NCBI GenBank assembly: GCA_951406725.2 | Contig: OX597822.1 | Coordinates: 98,580,001-98,644,000 of the forward strand | Direction of reading: 5' to 3' | DNA: 64,000 nucleotides | Origin: Octopus vulgaris | Taxonomy: Eukaryota | Shown: positions 37,654 to 49,485 of the stretch, in pieces | Position numbering within the stretch: position 1 is the stretch's first letter | Layout: every line of letters begins with the position of its first letter | Made by a program: the position numbers and the translations under genes | The notes under the pieces: generated by a model | What the model saw: the letters and a program-made list of their open reading frames with translations, nothing else | What the model was told of the DNA's origin: nothing | The model's database searches: none

Positions 37654-37662
37654 AAGAAAATT
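36889..37662. repeat. Segment duplicated in inverted orientation at 34630-35402 and partly again at 35401-35668
   Basis: ORFs 34963-35229(+) and 37063-37329(-) are almost identical translations; the flanks also match. Confidence 0.9.
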
Positions 37663-38380
37663 TAACTATAACAAATACATAATCTCTCGGTTTACGCACT
37701 TCAGTTCTCGTTTAGATTGTATCAAATTCAAATAGAGAATACTTTGAGGTTCTTTTATATAATTAGTTCGAGATCAGAAGGCTTCTCAGCACTGACAAAG
37801 GACCAACCAGCAATGAATCGTATCTGAATATACTCCTTATTTCTCTCTGTATGAGGACAAAAAATATTTACATATTTTACTTTCCACATCCTAAGAGTTA
37901 CACAGTATAGTAAAGTGCACTAAATATTTTTGCTTCTAATACATTTTAAAGTATCCAGTCTCACCTCTGAGAAATGCACGATCTGCAATTTCTTTCTTAC
38001 ATTTCTAAAATCTCCTGACATGAATTTTCTTTAAATTACATTGATATGAAACTCTTTGTGGACTAGGACAATACGATGAATTTTTCATTTACTTGTCCGA
38101 GTGCATGTGTTATATATTGTAGGTAAATTACCTTAAATTCATCTTATTCATGAGTATATATGAGGCAAAAAAATCAAGGAGTATGAGAAGGTGTGAAGAA
38201 GTAGTATGAACGGAACATCAGAATAAAGTTAGGTACAAAAAACAATAGTTCATGAATTACACATATAATTCATTAACTCAGTATCCACCGACTTCTTAAT
38301 AAAATTATACACTCACACAAATAATGTGTGTTGAATAGCGTGACTTTCTAAATTCAAGGATATTGCATTATATATATATA

Positions 38381-38776
38381 GGCGCAGGAGTGGCTGTGTG
38401 GTAAGTAGCTTGCTAACCAACTACATGGTTCCGGGTTCAGTCCCACTGCGTGGCATCTTGGGCAAGTGTCTTCTGCTATATCCCCGGGCCGACCAATGCC
38501 TTTGGTAGACGGAAACTGAAAGAAGCCTGTCGTATATATGTATATATATGTATGTGTGTGTGTGTGTGTGTTTGTCCCCCTAGCATTGCTTGACAACCGA
38601 TGCTGGTGTGTTTACGTCCCCGTAACTTAGCGGTTCGGCAAAAGAGACCGATAGAATTAGTACTGGGCTTACAAAGAATAAGTCCCGGGGTCGATTTGCT
38701 CGACTAAAGGCGGTGCTCCAGCATGGCCGCAGTCAAAATGACTGAAACAGGTAAAAGAGTAAAAGAGTAAAAGAGT
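38381..38776 (+). mobile_element. SINE family A
   Basis: Homology to family A; small internal deletion. Confidence 0.9.
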
Positions 38777-38777
38777 A

Positions 38778-40098
38778 TAGTTAATAAAAGAAAATGAAGA
38801 AGAAATATAGTGGATACTTGGTTAATTGTATTTGTATCATGATGAAAAATGTGATACATATAAGATTTGAGATTTACATGAACAGAATAAATCTACATAT
38901 GCGCCGATAAAACTCCAAGTCTGTGTATATACATTCATATTATCCACAAATCTTATGAATATAATTATCCAGTAAAACAAATGATATCTTTTTCATGATA
39001 ATAAAATCCTCGGGGAAAAACAAAGGGAGATTGATATTTATTACAATTATACTTTAGAAAAATCTAACGGATCACAAACTACGTCATATTTTAAAATTTT
39101 TTCGCAAGAAAATTTAAATTCCTATCACAAGTGCACTATAATTTTTCCTATACCTAATACTCTTTCTTTGAATAATGGAAAGTATAACTTAGTCCACTGA
39201 AATGCTAAATAATAATTGTTATTATAACTTTTCTCCGAATTATATTCTGAAATAATATCTTAGTATACAATATAAAAATTTTTTCCCGTCTTTTTTCTCT
39301 TTTATTTCTTAATGGATTTTTTTTTTTGTATTTTATACCCCATGTCAGAATTATATGTTTCTTCTCTCACTTTTCTCCCATTTTGTAACATTTCGTTATT
39401 TTTAACCCCCTCATAAAATCTATACACTTAATTTTTTTCTCATAAATATTTGAATTCCTCTCAGAAGTATGTAAACAATAACTTTTCTCTGAATAATGGA
39501 ATGTGTCCGCCAGTACATTGGAATTCTGAACAATCAGTAGTTATTTTAATATATAATATCGAATTATTTCTTCTTTTATTTCTCAAATCATTTGTTAATT
39601 TTTACATCCTCTAAAATTTATTTTATATCTCAATTTGTCTTCAGTGCACTTAACTAACCATATTCTAATTAAATGACTGCTTTATGATCCTTAACATATA
39701 TAAGTCTATATTTCAAATACATTATAGTGTTTTAGCAAGATTGCATTAGATAATATATCCCCACGCAAGCTGGGCGTCCTAATAGATTATTATTTAAATA
39801 TTTGAAAATATGGTACTCATCTTAGTTATTTCGTTGCTCACCACCATATAATAAACATCCTCCCTGACGATATCAGGACATAATATGGGGTTATTTTGCA
39901 TATAACATCGTTTGAATGGTGTCGATCGAAACCTATGACCGGATTGAAACGTATGTAGGATTCTTTTATGTTAAGTTTATTTAGTTTATTCTCTTCCTGT
40001 AAATCTCAAATCTTGTATGCATTACCTTTTTCATCGGGATACAAATAAAATTAACCAAGTATCCACTGTATTTCTTCTCCATTTTCTTTTATTAACTG
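38778..40098. mobile_element. Old non-autonomous TIR element (Tc1/mariner-like ends)
   Basis: About 115-bp imperfect TIRs (AGTTAATAAAAGAAAATG..AGTGGATACTTGGTTAATT / AATTAACCAAGTATCCACT..CTTTTATTAACTG), TA at both ends. Confidence 0.6.
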
Positions 40099-40400
40099 TA
40101 CACATTATTGGACAGTTTATCCATAGATATTGCGGAACCTTCTTTCCTTCAATATATTTGATATCCGGACTTTTTTAACGAGGAAACTACATCCTTAATA
40201 TTTGTATATATGTAGGACTTTCGTGTTTTTAAACAAGAGAGACGAATACCATTCTACCATGTTGTCCGCTTGAATAATTGTTAAGATATTAGGACATTCT
40301 TTCTTTACCTGAAAACTATGTTAGCTTTAATACACACATGAAGAAATTCTATCCACCAATGCGGTGTTCAGCACTCATTCTCCTGGTTCGTCATATATAT

Positions 40401-40600
40401 AACTTATAAATGAGGGCAAACGAAAAAAAATTTCTAATGCCAAAAAGTCGACAGAAATTTCTAAAAATTAGAAATTTCTGTCGACCTTTTTTGGAGTAGC
40501 GTGCGTATAGTGAAAAATTATAATAGTAACGGACAATGTGTCTAATTTCGGCATATTTGGCATTAGAATTTTTCTTTTCGTTTGCCCTCATTTATAAGTT
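40401..40600. mobile_element. MITE-like inverted repeat with nested hairpin
   Basis: Outer arms AACTTATAAATGAGGGCAAACGAAAA / TTTTCGTTTGCCCTCATTTATAAGTT; inner perfect hairpin 40447-40485. Confidence 0.6.
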
Positions 40601-40698
40601 GTTTATAAATTTAACCTTTAAAGGTATTTTTTAATATGCTGGCAATTGATAAAAATTTTTTTTCGAAAAAATTTTATCCTGTATTAAATATATATATA

Positions 40699-40759
<61 letters not shown>

Positions 40760-41034
40760 TTGCTATTATGTTTAACTGTCATATGTCCAAATTTGGCCAA
40801 ATGCTCATTTTACAGTATCCATTTTTGCTTGTAATAGCCAGTTCTTTTGGCCAAATTATCATATCTCCAACTGCTTCAGATGCCAAGACATCAGAAATTA
40901 TGAAAGTAGAGTACAACGCTTTTGTTATAGAATGGTGGATATATTTTTCATTTTCTAAAAAGCAACGTTTTGGATTTACAACACTTTTGCATAATAGAAA
41001 GGATATATATAACACATTAATAATTCATATATTC

Positions 41035-41418
41035 TTTTATTCCTTTACTTGTTTCAATCATTTTGCCGCGGTCACGCTGGAATACCCACTTTAGTCGAAG
41101 AAATCGGCCCCAGGACTTATTCTATGTAAACCTAGCACCTTTTCTATTAGTCGCTTTTGCCGAACTGCTAATTTGCCGCGAGGTAAACGTGCCAACATAG
41201 GTTGTCAAGCGATGGTTGGGGGACAACACAGGCAGGCAAAATTATACACATGTATTCGACAGGCTTCTTTCAGTTTCCATCAATCAATCCACTCATAAAG
41301 TTTTGGGCGGCCCGAGACTGTAGTAGAAGGCATTGCCCAAGGTGCCACGCTGTGGGTCTGAACCCGGAACCATGTCGTTGGGAAACAAGCTTCTTACCAC
41401 ACAGCCACTCCTGCGCCT
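41035..41418 (-). mobile_element. SINE family A, diverged
   Basis: Homology to family A. Confidence 0.8.
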
Positions 41419-41427
41419 ATGTATGTT

Positions 41428-41548
<121 letters not shown>

Positions 41549-41638
41549 AGTGAAAGAGAGAGAGAGAGAGAGAGAGGCAATTATGCGGATAAGCAAATTA
41601 AATATAATAGCTTGAGTTTTATATACAAAATATACAAT

Positions 41639-41962
41639 TCTCTGCAGTGAATTTTGCCGGTTAGAGAACATAGTAATTTAAATTTAAATTTAAAATAAAA
41701 AGCTAAATTTTCTTCAGAACAATCCTTTCTTAGTGGTAAAACCATAGGGGGGTCTACTTCTAGCATTATGGATGTCCACTTAGCGGTCATTCCCCTTTTA
41801 GGTATGTAATATAATTTTTCTGAATCTTCAGATTTTTCAATATGCTAAACTACTTGTTTTAAATTGATATTAATCAAATTAATATTCAATTTTTCACCCT
41901 TTTTATTTTAAATTTAAATTTAAATAACTATGTTCTCTAACCGGTAAAATTCACTGCAGAGA
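41639..41962. mobile_element. MITE-like element with about 60-bp inverted arms
   Basis: TCTCTGCAGTGAATTTTGCCGGTTAGAGAACATAGT / ACTATGTTCTCTAACCGGTAAAATTCACTGCAGAGA; related sequence at about 53640-53690. Confidence 0.65.
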
Positions 41963-42357
41963 TTTATTTTCTGCAGAATTATTTCCGGTATTTTGGCGCG
42001 ACAAACCGAAGATTTTTGAAAGATAACCCCAAATGTAATTGGTAGAACTGTATACACGCTAAATTTCATGCGGACGACTCGTGTATTGTTCTGCAAATTA
42101 TATTTTGCTAGGACGTTCACACAGATGAGTTGTAGACAATTACGTAAGTGGTAACAACGAAGCAGCGTTTGTGAATAGTCTTTATATTTTGTATATTTTT
42201 ATTTGTCTTGCTCGCTTACGTTCTGGCGTTTGCTAAATTTTGTTGAGAACAATCCTTTCTTAGTGGTAAGACCATACGGGGTCTACTTCTAGCATAATGG
42301 ATGTCCACTTAGTAGTCATCCCCCTTACATGTATGTGATATAATTTTTTCTGAATCT

Positions 42358-42438
<81 letters not shown>

Positions 42439-42530
42439 AGTTTATATGTATGTGTATATATATTTGTGTGTAAGAAAGAGGGAGTAGGAGAATATTGATT
42501 ATCCTCACGTGGTGAGTAGTAATGCAAAAC

Positions 42531-42585
<55 letters not shown>

Positions 42586-42782
42586 TAATACTAAGTAATT
42601 AAGGGTTTAGCAACGAATTGCCTCACCAACACACCGAATTTAGAAATAGCAGTCAAAGAGATATAGCTATTCCTTCTACTAAAAGGGGGATCTCAGTAAA
42701 AACACAGCACTTGAAAGGCAAACGCAGATAGGTAAGAAAGAAAGAATGAAATGACGGCAATCTATCATGTAATTTTAAGTTA

Positions 42783-42874
42783 CCTACGGACGTACGTTTC
42801 GAGATCAAGTTTTAGGATAGCATAAGAATTAGAAAATTCTACTTTACCCAAACTTCTTCTCTCATCGGCGCAGG
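42783..42874 (-). ncRNA. Type I hammerhead ribozyme (U4C), inverted copy
   Basis: Reverse complement of 43210-43301. Confidence 0.75.
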
Positions 42875-43209
42875 ATACCACAATTATGAATAATTGTATA
42901 TTAAATTTTGAGATACTAGAATGCATCATCTCAACTCAGTGTCAGAGCGAGCCAAAGCATGACCATTAATTATCCCTAATTAATTAATTTCACCCTTTAT
43001 TATTACTGATAACCATATTTTATCCCAGTAAATGACCGCAGCATTTTGTCTTGGCTACACGCGGGTGGAAGGGGGCTGGTGACACAAACTTTCATTCAAA
43101 CTTTGAATTTCGTGGTACTGGTCATGCTTTGGCTCGCTCTGACACTGAGTTGAGATGATGCATTCTAGTATCTCAAAATTTAATATACAATTATTCATAA
43201 TTGTGGTAT

Positions 43210-43301
43210 CCTGCGCCGATGAGAGAAGAAGTTTGGGTAAAGTAGAATTTTCTAATTCTTATGCTATCCTAAAACTTGATCTCGAAACGTACGTCCGTAG
43301 G
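43210..43301 (+). ncRNA. Type I hammerhead ribozyme (U4C)
   Basis: CCTGCG-CCGATGA-GAGA-(long hairpin)-TCTC-GAAA-C-GTAC-G-TC-CGTAGG; 6-bp stem I with one G-U, palindromic GTAC loop, GUC site. Confidence 0.78.
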
Positions 43302-43545
43302 TAACTTAAAATTGCATGATAGATTGCCGTCATTTCATTCTTTCTTTCTTACCTATCTGTGTTTGCCTTTCAAGTGCTGTGTTTTTACTGAGATCCCCCT
43401 TTTAGTAGAAGGAATAGCTATATCTCTTTGACAGCTATTTCTAAATTCGGTGTGTTGGTGAGGCAATTCGTTGCTAAACCCTTAATTACTTAGTATTACT
43501 TAAATTTTCCTCGAATGGGGCTTTTACATGCCGAAATCTACTTGG

Positions 43546-43610
<65 letters not shown>

Positions 43611-44155
43611 ATAAGAAAAGAAGAAAAATACACACAGATTACATAGTCTTATATTTTATAAGTGAAAGATTACTGTGTCTGTCGACTGGTTTCGCTTTCG
43701 CTAATCATGACATTGAAATTATTGTAACTTTGTATTTTCTTCAGAAGATTCCAGTCCATGTTGTGTGTGAGAGTTTGTTAATGAAATTAATAAACAGGTA
43801 GAAGAATCTAAAGGGAAGTTATTGATGATAGTCATTATTCAGGACAGGTGAGTTAATAGGCTCATTTTTCTTGGGGCGGAGTAAATAAATATAAAAAACA
43901 CGAAAGTAAAATAAAGCTCAAGTAGTGAGATGAAATATTTACATTGATGTGTATGTGAACATTAATTAAAAAATACAATGAGATCAAATATGTTTATTTG
44001 TACATATTTAGGCGTGTTCTGTATTTTTCGATAGATAGATATTCTTTAATTAAACGTTCTTGTTTAATTAAATATTTTAAAGGGAAATATAGTATTGTAC
44101 GGGTTGAAGCGAAATTTGTCACTCAGTGAACAAAAGAGCCGATATTGAAGGAATC

Positions 44156-45127
44156 ACCGAAAATTTTACCCAAAAATATTTAGAAAATTTTCACCGAAAA
44201 TTTTACCCAAAAATTTTTAGAAAATTTTCACCGAAGGTTTTACCCAAAAATTTTTCGAAAATATTCACCAAAAATTTTCACCAAAAATTTTTCGAAAATT
44301 TGACCCAAATATTTTTCGAAAATTTTCACCGAAAGTTTAACCAAAAAAATTTTTCGAAAATTTTCACCGAAAATTTTATCCAAAAATTTTCTTCAAAAGT
44401 TTTTCGAAAATTTTCAGCAAAAATTTTTAAAAAATTTTACCCGAAAATTTTCCACAAAAATTTTTAGAAAATTTACCCAAACATTTTTCGAAAATTTTCA
44501 CCAAAAAGTTTTCGAAAATTTTCTACGGAAATTTTACCCAGAAAGTTTTCGAAAATTTTCACCAAAAATTTTACACAAAAATTTTACCCAGAAAGACTTC
44601 GAAAATTTTCACCGAAAATTTTCCCCAAAAATTTTTCGAAATTTTTCACCGATAATTTTCCCCAAAAATTTTTCGAAAATTTTCACGAAAAATTTTTAGA
44701 AAATTTTACACAAAAATTCTTCGAAAAAGGTTTTAGAAAATTTTCACCCAAAAATTTTTAGAAAATTTTCACCAAAAAATTTTACCCAAAAATTTTTAGA
44801 AAATTTTCACCGAAAATTTTACCCAAAAATTTTTAGAAAATTTTCACCGAAAGTTTTACCCAAAAATTTTTAGAAAATTTTACCCAAAAATTCTTCGAAA
44901 AAGTTTTTAGAAAATTTTCACCCAAAAATTTTTAGAAAATTTTCACCAAAAATTTTACCCAAAAATTTTTAGAAAATTTTCACCGAAAGTTTTACCCAAA
45001 AATTTTTCGAAAATTTTCACCAAAAATTTTCACCAAAAATTTTTCGAAAATTTGACCCAAATATTTAAGCCCAAATATTTTTCGAAAATTTTCACCGAAA
45101 GTTTAACCAAAAAAATTTTTCGAAAAA
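44156..45127. repeat. A/T-tract satellite block in reverse orientation
   Basis: TTTTCACCGAAA / TTTTACCCAAAA subunits; same marker GACCCAAATATTTAAGCCCAAATATTT. Confidence 0.9.
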
Positions 45128-46107
45128 GCCACAAAACCCTATGGATTGAAGTGAAATATATTCAGATACGTCTATCAGAAAATTACGAAAATACGTTCAT
45201 CAGTAATTGTGAATGTCTTTCTGTCAGTAATTTGTCTTTTGTTGTTTGTATATATTGCGATTGAAAACTTAAACATGCAGTGAAAACAATAACATGGAAA
45301 TTAAGCAATGGTGTATGAAAATTGAAAGTGAAAAGAATAGCGTCTGAAAAATGAAAGTCAAAACAAGATATATATATATATATATATATACATAGATAGA
45401 GAGGTGTGTTACAGAGAAATAGTAATAGAGATAGAAACAGAGAGATGGATAGAGAGATATACATAAAGAAATATGTTACATGACTGGCGCTAGAAAATCG
45501 GAAGTAAATATTAAAAAAAAATTTAAAGACGTGAATGTAATAGAGAAATTTCAAAGACGTGAAGCAATATTTTTAATAATTTCAAATAAAAAAAATCAGC
45601 CTATTATTTGTCCGAGATCAAACCATTCATGCAACAGAGGTATGAAGGCAATTGGTGGCGCTGTTTTCGCGTGAAAATTGAATCCGCATACATCTCTATT
45701 TTATATATATCATTAGATATACATGCATACATACACAGAGATACATATATTGACATACTTGCATAAATGTACACTCACGCATATGCGCACATATTACATA
45801 CATAAACACATACGCGTGTATATATATGCCCCCATATATATGTACATACATATACATATACAAACCTGCATATTTGCACATACATATGCTTCCATATATA
45901 ATTATGCATACATGCATGTTTATATACACACCTATACACATAAATACGCTTGTGTATATGCATGTACAAAAATGCACACACACACATACATATATATGCG
46001 CTCACACACATACATATATACACAAACACACACATACATATATATTCACACACACATACATATACACAAATATGTACATGATTTCACACACATGTGTATG
46101 TACGTAG

Positions 46108-46410
46108 GAGCACTAGGGTCCCAGCTGATACGATCAACGGAACAACTTGCTCGTGAAATAAATGTGCAAGTGGCTGAGCATTCCACAGACACGTGACCCT
46201 TAACGTAGATCACAAGGAGATTCAGCGTGACACAGAGTGTGACAAGGCTGGGCCCTTTTGAAATCCAGGTACTACTAATTTTTGCCAGTTGAGTTGACTG
46301 GAGCTACGTGAAATAACGTTTCTTGCTCAAGGACACAACGCGTCACCGGGAATCGAACTCACGACCTTACGATCAAGAGCCGAATGCCCTTACCACTAAG
46401 CCATGTGCCC
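46108..46410 (-). mobile_element. CORE-type SINE with family-C 3' half
   Basis: Head GCACATGGCTTAGTGGTAAG..GTTCGATTCCC, CORE-like CCTTGAGCAAGA, then GCCTTGTCAC..TTTCACGAGCA shared with family C. Confidence 0.75.
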
Positions 46411-46468
46411 TCACTTTATGTACGTATATACACATATATGTATATATATATATATATACACATATATG

Positions 46469-46519
<51 letters not shown>

Positions 46520-47499
46520 ACACTGCCTTCTGTATACCTAGACGGTTATGTGTGCATGTGTATATGTATGTGTGTGTATGTATACGTATGTGTGTATATG
46601 TATGTACGGACGTGACAAATTTTAGAAATCATTATGCTAATTGCACTTCCCTAGAAACGCTATAGGCTATGTATTATTTGTTATTCAAAATTCCACTAAA
46701 CATTCGAATTTAACTCATGAACATGGATCCATATCAATATTTATTCTTAGAGGTAATGAATAATAAAAGTTTAAATGTATTTATGTGTGTGTATATCTAC
46801 ATACATACATGTACACATACAGACACACACACACACACAAATACATATATGTATGAGTGTGTAAAAGAACATCATGGTGATGTGCTGAGCCGGATTAGCA
46901 AAGAAATCCTGTCTGGATACCGGACGACAGAAACAAGGGTCAGTTTTCATAAACGAAACGTGACAGGTTTTGAATAGTAAATACTCTCAATAAGCAAAGG
47001 CCTTACAAAGACCCATGGACGCACACACATACACATACACACATACACACACATACACATGCAAAGACAAATAAGAACACAAACCTGCCCTCAAGCCACA
47101 CGTTTCTCTCAAAGACACTTAAAGCGGCTTCTTTGATAGATGTTCAATAAATTGATATATATCTGTGCGTGTGTATGAGCATGCATAAGCATGCTCATGT
47201 CCGTGTGTGTATGGGAGGACATATGTGACCGTGTGTGTGTGTGAGCCTGTATCTGTGCATCAGTGCCTTTATGTATGTGTGTGTCCGTGTGTGTGTGTGT
47301 GTGTTTTCATGTGCATGTGTGTGAGTTCCTATTTTTTGTGTGTACATGTGCACTTCTGTATACATGTTTCCATGCGTGCTTGTAAGTTTATGTGTGTGTG
47401 TGTCCGTGTGAGCGTGGGGACATGTCTCTGTCCTTGCTTGTCTTTCCGTATCGTTTCCTCCGCCATATTTTAAGGAGGCTATAGCCCAACAGAATTTAG

Positions 47500-47552
47500 G
47501 GTCAGAAGATAGCCATAGAGTTACACTTTATAGCGAGAAACCCAGAGTAACT
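47500..47552 (+). ncRNA. Degenerate type I hammerhead-like motif (U4A)
   Basis: GGT-CAGAAGA-TAGCCATAGAG-TTACA-CTTTATAGCGA-GAAA-C-CCAGA-G-TA-ACT. Confidence 0.4.
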
Positions 47553-47631
47553 GTATAAACCAGTAATTAATATAGATTGCCCTACTTCTAAGAGTGTGTT
47601 CTTCTCCAGATTTGTGTTGTTTATATATACG

Positions 47632-47664
<33 letters not shown>

Positions 47665-47667
47665 ATA

Positions 47668-47761
<94 letters not shown>

Positions 47762-47762
<1 letters not shown>

Positions 47763-48303
47763 CAGATCACTTTCGAGTGTTACTGGTAACATGTAACCTG
47801 TTGCATGGTCGGGTCGTCGGCGACTAAACTGGCAACACCACCAAGCTTGCTTGGTGTGGAGGGTGTTTATTGGACACCATGCAGAATGAAAAACAAAACC
47901 CGTCAAAGGACGGAGGAACTCTTGAGAGTCAACGGCTATCCAATAAGTGCCTTAAGGCAGTATCATGTGCGTGGACATAGAAATAATCGGACTGAATACC
48001 CGATCGCGCGGTTAAACCATTGGGAGTGAAGGACTCCTAGCCTTTGTTAGGGCATCCTTCTAGGTGAAGGTAACTCAGATAACTGGGATAACTCCGATAT
48101 AAAACCTGCGGCTCAGTGGTTACCGATGATGTTGACTTGTTCTTCTTTTGGGATTATGGCTGATATTGCTTAGTGAGTGGGATTGACTCAGTGCACAGCC
48201 TTTCCTCACTTTAAAAAAAATCTTCTTGCACAGGCATTGCACGATAACAGCATTGATTAAGCTTCGTGCAATGGCCATACACGATAACGAGGGGGCATCC
48301 ACC
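47762..48303 (+). mobile_element. Non-autonomous element carrying an RTE-like 5'-UTR motif
   Basis: GGGCATCCTTCTAGGTGAAGGTAACTCAGA..TAAAACC at about 48050-48105; bounded by microsatellites. Confidence 0.4.
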
Positions 48304-49156
48304 ATATATATATATATATGTGTGTGTGTGTGTATACATATATATGTGTACATTTATGTGTGTGTGCGTATGTATGTGTACGTGAATGCCAACGTGAATA
48401 CGGATTAACACACCTGCGCATATGTACATATATACATGGTTGTGCATACACGTATGTATGATGATATGTATGTACGATTTGTGCGTATGTGTAAATGTAT
48501 GTAAATAAATGTGAATGTATATATATATACATACAGACGAACAGATGAATGTATGGACGCGTGTAGGTATATATGTGTGTGATTATGTTACATATATACA
48601 AACTTTCTGAAATTTATACACAACTTACACAGGTAATTTACTTCCTTACCATATTTATATTGTAATTTACTCTATAATCTCTATTTATTTATTACTCTAA
48701 TTCTATTTACCTAATGTATCAAACCTCCAACCAGCCTGCAAAATCCTTGCCCAAATACATATATATACAAACCATAAACAGTATCATTCATACTGCTGTG
48801 GTGAATTTACAATCAAACATACATAACATCTAGGGGTATATTTTTCCCTCTCAATAGATTATGCTCAGAAATATGAATTTAATATTTAGTTAACTTCACT
48901 GTGTATAATTGAAAAACCGGTAAGAGATTAAGATCGATTTGTTGGTGATAATAAACTCTTATTAACTTCAAAATCACCATTTTGTTCTATTTCCTTTTCA
49001 AGAATATAAATTACAACTTATATACAAACCTATTATTTTAAGGAAATCAATTCCCCGCAAAATATTAGGTATTGAACCAGTATTTCCTTGGATGACACCA
49101 TCTCTTCAAGAAGCTAACATAATCTCTAACTGAATCATACACACACACACATACAT

Positions 49157-49215
<59 letters not shown>

Positions 49216-49424
49216 TGTTAAAGAGGACAAGAAACATGACATGGCAAAACATCAATGCTTGTTGTACTCTTTAACAATTATATATCCGTTCCATCGGAAG
49301 TCTGGAATGGTTCCATGCCTACCGACTCAGCTATACCCTTGGAGCGCTAGTAATCCGTTACACACTTACCTATCGTGTCTAATCGTTTAGATCACCTGTG
49401 AACTAAACCTCTATACTTTGTATG

Positions 49425-49482
<58 letters not shown>

Positions 49483-49485
<3 letters not shown>

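Larger units (their letters stand above)
42582..43545. mobile_element. Penelope-like non-coding insertion: 384-bp inverted arms each with an HHR, plus 43-bp tail, in (TA)n
   Basis: Arms 42582-42965 and 43119-43502 are nearly identical; (TA)n on both sides. Confidence 0.8.
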
